Positions 52,995 through 64,000 of a stretch of DNA of 64,000 bases are shown here, piece after piece. Position 1 is the first letter of the stretch, and the number at the start of each line of letters is the position of its first letter. Both the position numbers and the translations under genes were made by a program. The notes under the pieces are model-generated. The model was not told the origin of the DNA and did not search any database. It saw only the letters and a list, made by a program, of their open reading frames with translations. Where the stretch lies: the NCBI RefSeq assembly GCF_006345805.1, contig NC_043005.1:106144001-106208000 (forward strand), given 5' to 3'. This DNA comes from Octopus sinensis. Lineage: Eukaryota.

Positions 52995-54070
52995 AATGTC
53001 CTAAAAATCATTTTGTGTTGAAGACAAATGTTAAGAAGCATCCAAATTCTATCGATTGAAAAAGTTCTGTCAGTACTGCTTCATGGTGCTACTATATCAG
53101 TGATTTCACAGTATTGCAAATCAGCAGCAGCCGTTCAAGAATTTGGACCTGGAGATCTCCATTTCCAGCGACTTCGAGGGCCACCTCCCAGTGGTGTCAG
53201 GCATCAACAAAGAGCCCTCGACTACAAGATGACCAAAGTTTTTTTTTTCCAAGGTATGGGGTCTCGAGCCCCTAAGCCCTAGACCATCACCTAATCACCC
53301 TTACCCATCTTGTTGCTTAACAACAACAACAACAACAACAGCATGCCAAGCACCAAATACCAAACACAAAATCAGGCAAACCAACATAGAGCAAAACTGG
53401 CCGAAAAACCAGTGATGTTCTGAAAAGCTGGTGGGCTGCATTTGAATTAGCTCTCAGCAACAGAAACAGTTTTGTAATGAATAACAATTAACACATCCAA
53501 CCTAACACGAATGTGTTGTTTATAACTCCATAGGCTGTGGTAAACATACCAAAAAATAATTCTTTGTACACAACAAATGCTAAAAAGCATCAAAATTTTA
53601 TCAGTTGACAAAACTTCTGCAAAACCCAGTAGATGACATTACCATATCACGTGATTTCACCGTATTGCAGATCATCAGTGGCAGCTTGCCATGTTCTGAG
53701 TGTCAGACTGAAAATCAGTGAAGCTCATAATATACTATTGGCCAAACAGTCAATGATGTCGTGGAAAGCTGGCAGGCTGTGAGTAAATTAGCTATTAGTA
53801 AAGCAGCTTTATAATGAAAATCAATTTGCACATCCAGCCTAACATGATTGTGTTGTTTACAACTCCATAGACTGCAGTGGCCATGCTGAAAAACCATTTC
53901 ATTGTAATTTCGTCAACTGATAGAATTCAATGTATCTTAGTATTTACTCTCCACACAAAATTATTTTTCTGGATATTCACCCCATACTATGAGATAAACA
54001 GCACATCCAAGGTAGACTGAGTTTGCTGATTAATATTCATTACAAAGGCTGCTTCTTTGGCAAATAGATA
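52995..54070. repeat. Cluster of old, diverged copies of one unclassified repeat in direct and inverted orientation
   Basis: 53420-53700 resembles 53000-53140 and 53760-53880, and is inverted at 53890-54070 (e.g. ttgtaatgaat, aaaaataatt, tatcagttgac blocks). Confidence 0.6.
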
Positions 54071-54622
54071 ACATCATACTTTGATACGATGTGAGCGGTG
54101 ATCCCTGTTGACAGGCACCACCCGATAGTAAATAAATTGTTAAACATTTACAGTATGCAAATTAGTTGCCCCAATTCGCTGTAGTTACTGGATTTGTTGA
54201 GTATATAAACAGATTAGTTTCTCTGGGTTTGGTCAAATTGTTGACAACATCACTGATGAGAACACAATAAGGTTTAAAAAATCAATTAAGGCTGTTCGTC
54301 ACTTTTTCAGTCTTCAGAGAAGTAGTTAAAGTTGCCATTTGCAAATCTACACTATAGCTTACACACACACACATGCACACACACACACATACACGCACAC
54401 ACACACACACACTGTGCCCCAGCATGGCTGCAGTCCTGCGACTGAAATAAGTGAAAGACAAAACATATATATATATAAATATATATATATAAATATATAT
54501 AAGATATATAGATATATATATATATATATATGAAATATATATTTATATGCATATATGGGTACAGGATATCACAAAACGTAAACAACTTGAAATACGATAA
54601 CAAACTTGGGTATGAAAACTTG

Positions 54623-55274
54623 GGTTATGGAACCTAGCTGTTCTTTCTAGCGTGTTGAATCCCACAAGTAGATTCCTCATGTGTTTAAATGTACACTGTA
54701 TTTTATAACTAATACATAGTCTCTGGACTAAATTTTTACTCGTTAGGCCACTGGAAATGGAAATTTTAATTAATTTTCATTTCCCTTTGATTTCCCTTAA
54801 GTATTGTAATTTTTTGGATAATTTTCGGTTTTTAAAAGTTGGCATTTTTTTTATTGCCGGCGAAGGGCTGTGGCTGTGCAGTAGATTTTGGAAAAATTAA
54901 GATGTATAAACAAGAGGCACAAAGTTTGATTGCCTCATGTTTATATATTTAACGCAAGGTGTTCCTGCTGAGGATGATTTCACCTAGCGAGTATATGTTA
55001 TTTTACTTGCTAAACTAAAATCAGAAACCAATTGGCCCAGGAAACTTGATGGTAAAATGTTTTCATTTTTTCATTTCGTTCCTGTCGAATTTTATCCCTA
55101 ATTTTTGTGGTTATGGAACATAGCTGTTCTTTCTAGCATGTTGAATCTCACAAGTGGATTCCTCATGTGTTTAAATGTACACTGTATTTTATGACTAATA
55201 CAAAGTCACTGGACTAAAGTTTTACACCTTAGGCCACTGGAAATTGAAATTTTAATTAATTTTCATTTCCCTTT
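54623..55274 (+). mobile_element. Partial-tandem (about 1.3 x 486 bp) hammerhead-bearing element ending at (TA)n; Penelope-like pLTR architecture
   Basis: 166 bp direct repeats 54623-54788 / 55109-55274, roughly 90% identical by eye. Confidence 0.8.
54962..55043 (+). ncRNA. Type I hammerhead motif with a single U16.1>C change
   Basis: ttcctg-CTGAGGA-TGATT...AATCA-GAAA-CC AATT GG-CC-caggaa; 6 bp stem I, extended stem II, palindromic loop 3. Confidence 0.75.
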
Positions 55275-55445
55275 AATATGATTAAGTATATATATATATA
55301 TAGAAAATAGTAAAAAGTGAAAAAACTACAGAAGGCTTAAAGTTTAAAAAATATATATATTTGCGTCAATATGTCTGATATATATATATGATTCAAATGT
55401 ACAGAAAACAAAAGACAGACACAAGTAAGGGAGCAACAAACGGTT

Positions 55446-55482
55446 TTTTTGATGTTTTGAACCTATGCTCTTTGTCAGAAAA
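55446..55482 (-). ncRNA. CpG-decayed minimal hammerhead-like motif related to 33922-33957
   Basis: cttttCTGACAAAGAGCatagGTTCAAAACATCaaaa. Confidence 0.35.
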
Positions 55483-55807
55483 GGATGAGAGAAAAAAATG
55501 GAGAATAATAAAAAAATAAAGAGAACAAATTGCTGGGATTTATGGCTTCACATGCTGAAATGACCGGAAGGAAAAGGTTGATGGAAGGGAAGATAATAGT
55601 GACCTAGCTGAACTGGAGTGCACAAGCACGTGTGTATGTGAAGATAGTGTGTGAGTGTATATGTGCATGTGGAGTGAGTGTACATATGTGAAGGTGGACA
55701 TAAGATTATGGGAGCTTGTGTGTATGGGAGTGTGTTTGTATGTGTTTAAGTAAATAACTACGTGTGGTATCCATAAATATATTTTTGTATTTTGCCTAAA
55801 TATATAT

Positions 55808-56211
55808 CTCTTTTACTTGTTTCAGTCATTTGACTGTGGCCATGCTGGAGCACCGCCTTTAATTGAGCAACTCGACCCCGGGACTTATTCTTTGTAAGCC
55901 CAGTACTTATTCTATCGGTCTCTTTTGCCGAACCGCTAAGTGACGGGGACATAAACACACCAGCATTGGTTGTCAAGCAATGCTAGGGAGACAAACACAG
56001 ACACACAACACACACACACATATACACACATATATATATACATATATACGACGGGCTTCTTTCAGTTTCCGTCTACCAAATCCACTCACAAGGCTTTGGT
56101 CAGCCCGAGGCTATAGTAGAAGACACTTGCCCAAGGTGCCATGCAGTAGGACTGAACCCGGAGCCATGTGGTTGGCAAACAAGCTACTTACCACACAGCC
56201 ACTCCTGCGCC
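55808..56211 (-). mobile_element. SINE AB
   Basis: As other AB copies. Confidence 0.92.
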
Positions 56212-56569
56212 TATATATATATATATATATATATACTACATACATACATATATATGTATGTACTTATATATTTACATATAATGGTCATGTCAATGGAAGA
56301 ACTAACTACTTCATCTTCTTGCCGTAATAAAATGCACCCAGTACACCCTGTAAAGTTGTTGGTGGGAAGAAGGGCATCCAACCATAAAAACAGGGAGCAT
56401 AAAAGGGAAATGTGGTCCTCTGACCTATTTAGTGAGGCATTAACTTCAAGTAAGAACTGGCCTGAAACATGACCCTGCATCCAATACATGCTGCATAGAA
56501 AGCAGACATAAAATGAGAGGGAGAGAGGGCTGCACCCCAAATACACAAAGACACACATGCATACTAAAT

Positions 56570-56576
56570 CATATGT

Positions 56577-56674
<98 letters not shown>

Positions 56675-57000
56675 ATACATACATACACACACATACATGT
56701 ATATGTGTGTGTGTATATATATATATATATATTATATATATGTATATATTTATATATATACACACACATATATACACACATGCATATACACATATAAATG
56801 TATATATGTGTGTATATATATATGTATATATATGTGGTGTGTGTGTATGTATGTGTATATATATATGTGTGAGTGTGTATATGTATATATATATACATAT
56901 ATATATATATATACATATACATATAACATATGTATACATACATACACATATATGTATATATGTGTATATATTTATATATATATATATACATATACGTCTA
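56570..57000. repeat. (CT)/(TA)/(TG)/(CA) compound microsatellite
   Basis: Directly visible. Confidence 0.97.
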
Positions 57001-57117
57001 TAATGCATACTCACAGAAATACACCCACTCACATGTGCCTAGAGAGATACATGCATATAAACAAATGTTGATCGTCATACTTGGATTTCTCTTTAAAAAT
57101 TATCAAAAGAAACTCAC

Positions 57118-57210
57118 CAAGAATATGAAGGCAACAGCAACATCAATAGCAAAATGGACAAGTATACAATAAAAATGGCACCCACCCACTCTAAAAAGTA
57201 TCCACCTCAT
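57118..57210 (-). CDS. Candidate exon ending at a strong donor (MRWILFRVGGCHFYCILVHFAIDVAVAFIFL; an alternative hydrophobic frame also exists)
   Basis: TTG|gtgagt at 57118/57117; frame and start uncertain. Confidence 0.25.
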
Positions 57211-57511
57211 TTAAAATAAAAGAAGGGAAAAAGAAAAACAAAGAATCAACAACCAGAACAAAATGCAATCATAGAAAATAGCGAAAAAGTGCCATAAAGT
57301 GCTAGGAAGATTTTGGCTCCTTAATCAAATAATTTCTTGTGAGATAAACAAGAGAGAAGCTGGGGGAGTGAAGCAGAGTATATAAGCTCGAGTACTTCAA
57401 TGATAAGAAGCATTAACCTAATTATTGGAGTTAGTTTCTTATTTGAGCAAAATGGAAGACAAAAAAGAAAAAGAAAGAAGTAGTGCCTCCCAGTTTAGTT
57501 TGTCTATGCAC

Positions 57512-57560
<49 letters not shown>

Positions 57561-57670
57561 TAAAAGTCTGATATATAACCAGAATATTTCTTTAAAAATA
57601 AATGATAAGTGTGTATGTGCAGATATGTATATATGATTCTGCCTATGTAAAAATATATGCATATATATAT

Positions 57671-57925
57671 ACAATTCATAAATAAGGGCAAACGAAATTT
57701 ATTATTTTTTTTTGCCACATGTATCACTGACGAAGGGAGGGCTGTTATAAGCTAACCCTAAAATCAGTCCGATATGGTAATAATGGAATTTTTTAGAAAT
57801 TTCTGTCGACCTTTTTTCGTAGTAGCGTGCGGATTGTGAAAAAATTAATGGTTAATAGACAATATGTCCAATTTCGGCATATTTGGCATTAGAAATTTTT
57901 TCGTTTGCCCTTATTTATGAATTGT
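57671..57925 (+). mobile_element. Short element with 27 bp perfect terminal inverted segments enclosing a degenerate hammerhead (57721-57775)
   Basis: 57671-57697 / 57899-57925; CTGACGA-AGGG...CCCT-AAAA-TCAG-TC. Confidence 0.65.
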
Positions 57926-58028
57926 TTATAAATTTAACCTTTAAAGGTATTTTTAATATGCTGGCCATTGATAAAATCTTTTTTGGAAAAGAATTTTTTT
58001 CGAAAAAGATTTTATCCTACATTAGGTA

Positions 58029-58079
<51 letters not shown>

Positions 58080-58118
58080 GTGTGTATATATATGTATATA
58101 TATATATATATATATTGG

Positions 58119-58360
58119 AGGAGACCGCCTTCAGTCGCGAACGACCATGGGATTGCACCTACAAAGTTACCCTCCAAGGTACATGTCCGGGCAAGGTTGT
58201 TTATGGAAGACCAGCAGTCGCCCATGCATACCAGCCTCTCCTCTCCACGCCACCAGTGTTATCCAAAGGAAAGGCAAAGGCCGATACAGCTTGGCACCGG
58301 TGACATCACAACTCATTTCTACAGATGAATGAACTGGAGCAACGTGAAATAAAGTGTCTT
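58119..58360 (-). mobile_element. SINE E, truncated at the mariner fragment
   Basis: As 9750-10035. Confidence 0.85.
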
Positions 58361-58612
58361 GCCTTTTTTGTTCCCCAAAAGAAAAAAGTCCTTAAAAGGA
58401 AACGTTTTGCAGATGTGGGAGAAGCGAAGAAAAAATGACAGAGGTGTTAAAAGGCATCACTTTGCAAGGGTGCCAGAACTGCTTGAAACAGTGGAAAATA
58501 AATCTGGACCAATGCATCACTTCAAATGGAGAATACTTTGAAGGTATTAAAAATGTAAGCATGTAAAACTAAGTGAATAAAATATTTCGGTTTCTTTTGG
58601 GTACCCCCTTAT
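58361..58612 (+). mobile_element. Mariner transposase C-terminal remnant and right end
   Basis: LFPK..KVLKRKRFADVGEAKKK..EVLKGITLQGCQNCLKQWKINLDQCITSNGEYFEG (frameshifted), then a ttttgggtacccc..TA end. Confidence 0.85.
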
Positions 58613-58725
58613 ATGATGTAGATGTTGATTCATTAGAACAGCTAACCATCAGGTTGAGGTCACTTCACCTATTCTAAATCTGCTAATCAAGAATAACAGT
58701 TGCATAGATACGGCTGACAGAAAAT

Positions 58726-58827
58726 TCAAGTAAAGATGTAGCAGCCATGAATAATATTTTTATGCAGCATAAAGAACTTCATGACGTTAGCCACCAATGT
58801 CTGGGGCTCAAGCGAATGGAACCTAGA
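58726..58827 (-). CDS. Candidate last coding exon (SRFHSLEPQTLVANVMKFFMLHKNIIHGCYIFT*)
   Basis: Acceptor ctttatttgatgttgtag; the phase-0 frame is the longest open one (the others stop after 1 and about 15 codons) and is phase-compatible with exon 62400-62490. Confidence 0.45.
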   Translation of the reverse strand, partial: SRFHSLEPQTLVANVMKFFMLHKNIIHGCYIFT

Positions 58828-59254
58828 CTACAACATCAAATAAAGGATTCATTGTAAGATCAGAAGCATAATTAAGTGAATTGAGAAAAATTCAAGCTTT
58901 ACACAGTATAAAGATCATGCAAAAAAATGAAAAACAGGGAGTTGCTATCATTTCAGGAAATAAACTTTTGCAAAGTGTCACCATACACAGAAATTCATTT
59001 TATCCCCCAGCAAAGTTCTACTGTCACGAGACAAGCATCATTCATACTTCTAGGATTCAACTGCACCCTTCTATTGTTTCTTGAGTTCTTTTTTATCCCT
59101 TTTATACTTTTACATTTCCCTGCTCGTATAACAATACCATCCCAACCAACTTCTCAGTCCTTCTCATTCATTCACAATTAACCATGGAAACAAATGAATT
59201 TCAAAATTTCAAACACATAAATTTTAAGATTAGAAAAGATGCTGCAAAAATGAC

Positions 59255-59445
59255 TTACTCTTTTACTCTTTTACGTGTTTCAGTCATTTGACCGCGGCCA
59301 TGCTGGAGCACCGCCTTTAGTCGAGCAAATTGACCCCGGGACTTATTTTTGTAAGCCCAGTACTTATTCTATCGGTCTCTTTTGCCGAACCGCTAAGTGA
59401 CGGGGACATAAACACAATGCAAGGGGGACAAGCACAGACACACAA

Positions 59446-59478
<33 letters not shown>

Positions 59479-59641
59479 CGACAGGCTTCTTTCAGTTTCC
59501 GTCTACCAAATCCACTCACAAGGCATTGGTCGGCCCGGGGCTATAGCAGAAGACACTCGCCCAAGATGCCACGCAGTGGGACTGAACCTGCAACCATGTG
59601 GTTGGTTAGCAAGCTACTTACCACACAGCCACTCCTGTGCC
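59255..59641 (-). mobile_element. SINE AB
   Basis: As other AB copies; has an internal deletion. Confidence 0.9.
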
Positions 59642-59723
59642 TATGTTTACAATCAATGACGTGAAGAAATAAATTAATCATATTTGTGCAGCAAGGAGAA
59701 GATAACAATAGCTCGTTAACTAA

Positions 59724-60090
59724 GAGTGGCTGTGTGGTAAGTAGCTTGTTTACCAACCACATGGTTCCAGGTTCAGTCCCACTGCGTGGCAACTTGGGCA
59801 AGTGCCTTCTACTATAGCCTCGGGTCGACCAAAGCCTTGTGAGTGGATTTGGTAGACGGAAACTGAAAGAAGCCCGTCGTATATATGTATATGTGTATAT
59901 GTTTGTCCCCCCAACATCGCTTGACAACCAATGCTGGTGTGTTTACGCCGCCATAACTTAGCGGTTCGGCAAAAGAGACTGATAGTATAAGTACTAGGCT
60001 TACAAAGAATAAGTCCTGAGGTCAATTTGCTCGACAAAAGGCAGTCCTCTAGCATGGCTGCAGTCAAATGGCTGAAACAAGTAAAAGAGA
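59724..60090 (+). mobile_element. SINE AB, head-to-head with the previous copy
   Basis: As other AB copies. Confidence 0.9.
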
Positions 60091-61735
60091 AATATTAATT
60101 ACATTTGAAGTGATGTATTAGTGCAGATTTATTTTCCACTGTTTGAAGCAGTCCTGGCACCCTTTTAAAGTGGTGCCTTTTGACACCTCTGTCATTTTTT
60201 CTTCCCCTCTCCCAAGCTGGACATGTATTGAGGACAGCAGTGGACATGTTTTAGAAATATATTTGACCACCTCAGGCAAAACATCATCTTCTCTGTACTC
60301 GACAAATCAGTGAAGACAGAACCACTAAATGAACAATGAACGATAATATACATTACTTAACAGATTTTTTCATCAGCCATTTTCATCATTCTTGTGGATA
60401 TGACGAAAAAATGTATCTGGTGGATGCATCTGAAAGGATTAGAGACAAACACTTTCCTCTTTGGTCAATCTCTCATCAACTTCTTCAAGTATCACTTGAA
60501 GAGGAAAGTGAGAGTAGAGAGGCAAGTTTTGTCTAGCGAATATTTCAAAAAACGATGGGTGAATGTAGCAAGGATGGCACGTGAGAATGACAAAGCCACC
60601 TTGAGCATTATCCTTATGAACCCGGAAAAATTTAAAATAGAGAGTTACTTACTTGCAAATAAATGTGCTAACATGTGACATTATTGACCGAGGTTACCGT
60701 GGTCTTTTCTGTAGACTTTTCTTTCCACGGATAAACCTTATCTGCTTTCCCCTTTACACTTTACATCATGACATTTCTGTGACACACGATCCCTTTTGAT
60801 CGTTTTTTTCTTCTTTTTTCTTTCCTCTTTATGATCCCCTTTGATTGAAAACCTACCCCACTTTTCTTTTTTCTGCCCCAAAAGAAAAGCTCTGTGTTCA
60901 GCCCTGTGTGGCTAATAAACAAACATTACTTAACAGATTTTACATGTATATTTCCTTACACTAAACTTATTTCAGTCTGATCTCCCACGATCTCCCCCAC
61001 AATGCTGCTGATCATTTCCCTTGACCTTCTTCATTGGTTTTCACTTGCTTATTTCCCAACACATCTAAACTATTCTCATTGTTGAATTCTTCGAGAATAT
61101 AGCACTTCAAATTTTTCCAATTTACTGAATCCCTTCTCCATCTATAAGATAGGAAATGTCAAATCAAACAACCCTAGGCAAGATTTGAACGTAAAACCGT
61201 AATATATTTTGCCGAGCATTGAACTTTAGACCCACCCCAGAGCTTCTACCCACTTATTTAAGCCTAAACAGCTTCCTGAGTTGAAAACGTATTGAGTAAA
61301 AGTTCAGTGATAAATTCTGTTTGCTTGCTTGTATGTGTGTGTGTGTGTGTGTGCATGCACGTGCAGTATTACTTGTTGAGTGATAGTTTTTGTTATTAAA
61401 ATGTAAGTTGAAATGGTAGCAAGTGGTATGAGGAAGACGAAGGCAGAGAAGATTCTGTGTATGTTTTTTTAAAGGCTGGAAGGTCAAGGAATGAAGTAGG
61501 AATTACAAATAAGTAAAGAAACATAGCATGAAGTGAATAGGAAAAGTCAAAGGAAACATTTTTCAAATAAACACGTGTATGTGTGTATGATAGTATTGTA
61601 TATAATATGTGCGTGTGCATGTGTGCATATATGTGTATGTGTATGTGTATGAATGTTTTCATATGTTTATATAGTTTTGCATAGGTGTAACTGTCTGTCA
61701 GTATGCATATGTATGTAATCTATAATATCTATGTC

Positions 61736-61776
<41 letters not shown>

Positions 61777-62039
61777 ACACACACACACATACATACACAC
61801 ACATATACATATATAGGAACATGCATATATGTATATACCTATGTTTACAACAGACAAAATATATAAAGACATATAACAATAAAACAACACAGCAAGAAAG
61901 AATTTATGAGTAGAAAAATTCTATAATGTTTTTTTCATTTCAAGCCACAGTATTTTTATATGTAAATATGTTTACATGCATACACTCATACGATCACACA
62001 CACACGCATACACACACGTGTGTGTGTGGTATATATATG

Positions 62040-62130
62040 CATATGTATGTATTTATATATACATATATACATAATATATATGCATATATATATATGTATA
62101 TATATAATATATATATATATTATATATATG

Positions 62131-62173
<43 letters not shown>

Positions 62174-62320
62174 ATGTATGTATATATATATGTAATATAT
62201 ATTATATATATATATATATATATAATTAGTATATGTATGTATATATATATATATATGTATATTATAATTATATAGATATATGTATGTATTTATATATGTG
62301 TGTATATATATATATGTATA
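62040..62320. repeat. (TA)n/(TATG) microsatellite
   Basis: Directly visible. Confidence 0.97.
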
Positions 62321-62399
62321 TTTAACAATGATTCCCCCCCTCACATTATTAAGTTACATATGTATTTTTCCCCTCACATACATCACAAGTAAAACATAC

Positions 62400-62490
62400 A
62401 GCTAGATGCATCGGTGCAGCATAACATGGTGTGGTACCAGCGCACCATAGCTTCTCTCTTTCTTGCTTCCTCTCTTGGAAGTTATCTTCA
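62400..62490 (-). CDS. Candidate internal exon, 91 nt (xEDNFQERKQEREKLWCAGTTPCYAAPMHLA)
   Basis: Acceptor gaacattttag and donor GCT|gtatgt; only one reading frame is open. Confidence 0.5.
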
Positions 62491-62877
62491 CTAAAATGTT
62501 CAGAAAATATCAAATGTTTGAGGTCAAGTGAAGAAAATGGAAATCAAAGAAATTAAGTCCAATTCTTGGAAACTTATTTATTTTATCATCATTTTTATTG
62601 ATTTATTATGTATCTCATGTTGAATATATTTTCTTTTATTTTTTATTACACTCTCTCTATGAGGTATTCTTCAAATATATATAAACAAATAAACAATATA
62701 CATATACGAGTGTGTGTGTGTGTGTATGGCTATGTGGTTAACATGTTGAGATGTTTGATTTGTAGTGATTTAGTTTTGAGTTCTGTTCAACTGCCTGGCA
62801 GCTTGGGCAAGTGTCTTCTGCAATAGACAGAAACTGTATGGAAGCTCAATGTGCATATATATGTATGTGTACCCATG

Positions 62878-62924
<47 letters not shown>

Positions 62925-63204
62925 ATATATGGTTATGTGTACAAGCTGTAAACATCCTATGACTTGACTTGTCAACCTTTGAGCAAACTGATGATATGAT
63001 GTTTACATCCTTTGTTGTCATGGCAATCAGACACTCCGCTCTTTTAAAGACCAGTGGAAAAAAAAAAAACGTAACATTGTTAGCTGAAAAAAGAAAGGAT
63101 GGGGACAGATTGGGAACGATGTATAAAATGCTGTTTTAGTAAGAACTCCATCCAGCCCATAACTAGTTTGGAAAAAGTTGAAATGGATATTGAAGAAACA
63201 AAGG

Positions 63205-63680
63205 AATCATCATCATCATCATCATCGTTTAACGTCTGCTTTCCATGCTAGCATGGGTTGGACGATTTTGACTGAGGGCTGGTGAACCAGATGGCTGCAC
63301 CAGGCTCCGATCTTGATCTAGCAGAGTTTCTACAGCTGGATGCCCTTCCTAATGCCAACCACTCTGAGAGTGTAGTGGGTGCTTTTATGTGCCACCGGCA
63401 TGGGTACTGGCAACGACCTCGCTCGAATCTTTTACACATGCCACTGGCACAGGTGCCAGTAAGGCGATGCTGGTAACGATCACACTTGAATGGTGCCCTT
63501 TTACATGCCACTGGCACGGAAGCCAGTTAGCCACTCTGGCAACGATCACACTCGGATGGTGCTCGTGGCACCCTACTAGCACAGGCACAGGTGCCAGTAA
63601 GGTGACGCTGGTAATGATCACACTTGAATGGTGCCTTTTATGTGCCACTGGCATGGAAGCTGGTTAGCTACTCTGTCAAT
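63205..63680 (-). mobile_element. Family F repeat with internal ggcac..gtgcc subrepeats
   Basis: As 50381-51040. Confidence 0.88.
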
Positions 63681-64000
63681 GATATATAAAATGTTATCAT
63701 CATCATCATCATTAATTTAAGGTCCACTTTCCCATACTTGCATGGATGTGATGGAATTCAATGAGGCGGATTTTTTAGCGTGATGCCTCTACTGTCACCA
63801 ACTTTAAGCGGTTTCAATGCAAGTTAGTTTATTTTTTTATTGAATTTATTTAATGGATCTCCCTTTCTTTATTAGTCAGGGCATTGTGTCCCAATTTACT
63901 ATTGCAGCCGACTGCATTGATACATGAAAGCCCATCAGTGCAATAGGTCTTGAACACTGATGGTAAGAAGGTTCAGTTTCAAATCAATATATAAATCTCC

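Noticed and set aside
54253-54290. CTGATGA-GAAC...GTTT-AAAA as a decayed hammerhead
   Set aside because: Stem II is plausible but stems I and III cannot be formed; too degenerate to call
58690-58740. In-frame TGA followed by IFC (a UxxC-like motif) as selenocysteine
   Set aside because: A second TGA and a TAG follow closely, no SECIS was identified and there is no thioredoxin-like context; an ordinary stop is simpler
60336-60960. ORFs 60336-60678 as a Penelope GIY-YIG remnant, with a 19 bp direct repeat at about 60346/60923
   Set aside because: Similarity too weak to support by eye; no hammerhead found

Overview
This is AT-rich animal (eukaryotic) genomic DNA made mostly of microsatellites and transposon relics. 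The SINE families and repeat style suggest an octopus/coleoid cephalopod; that is an inference from memory, not a database match. No long intact gene is present, and almost all ORFs in the supplied track are translations of (TA)n, (CA)n, (TATG)n or trinucleotide repeats. Supported features: several tRNA-derived SINE families (working names AB, C, D, E, plus an RTE-tail repeat F), decayed RTE- and CR1-type LINEs, a mariner 3' end, a piggyBac-type MITE and a non-autonomous Helitron. There are also a few candidate small exons of unidentified host genes, mostly on the minus strand; the best pair is 62400-62490 spliced to 58726-58827. The most striking signal is about ten type I hammerhead-ribozyme-like motifs, found by hand-folding, in short elements next to (TA)n or other microsatellite tracts; most of these elements are unrelated in sequence. 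One motif has a fully canonical core (41181-41226), two are near-intact (32566-32655, 54962-55043), and two have a U3-A8 core covariation. Several sit in fold-back (inverted) or partial-tandem duplications, the architecture known for Penelope-like retroelement termini. All alignments and folds were done by eye, so coordinates of decayed elements are approximate.
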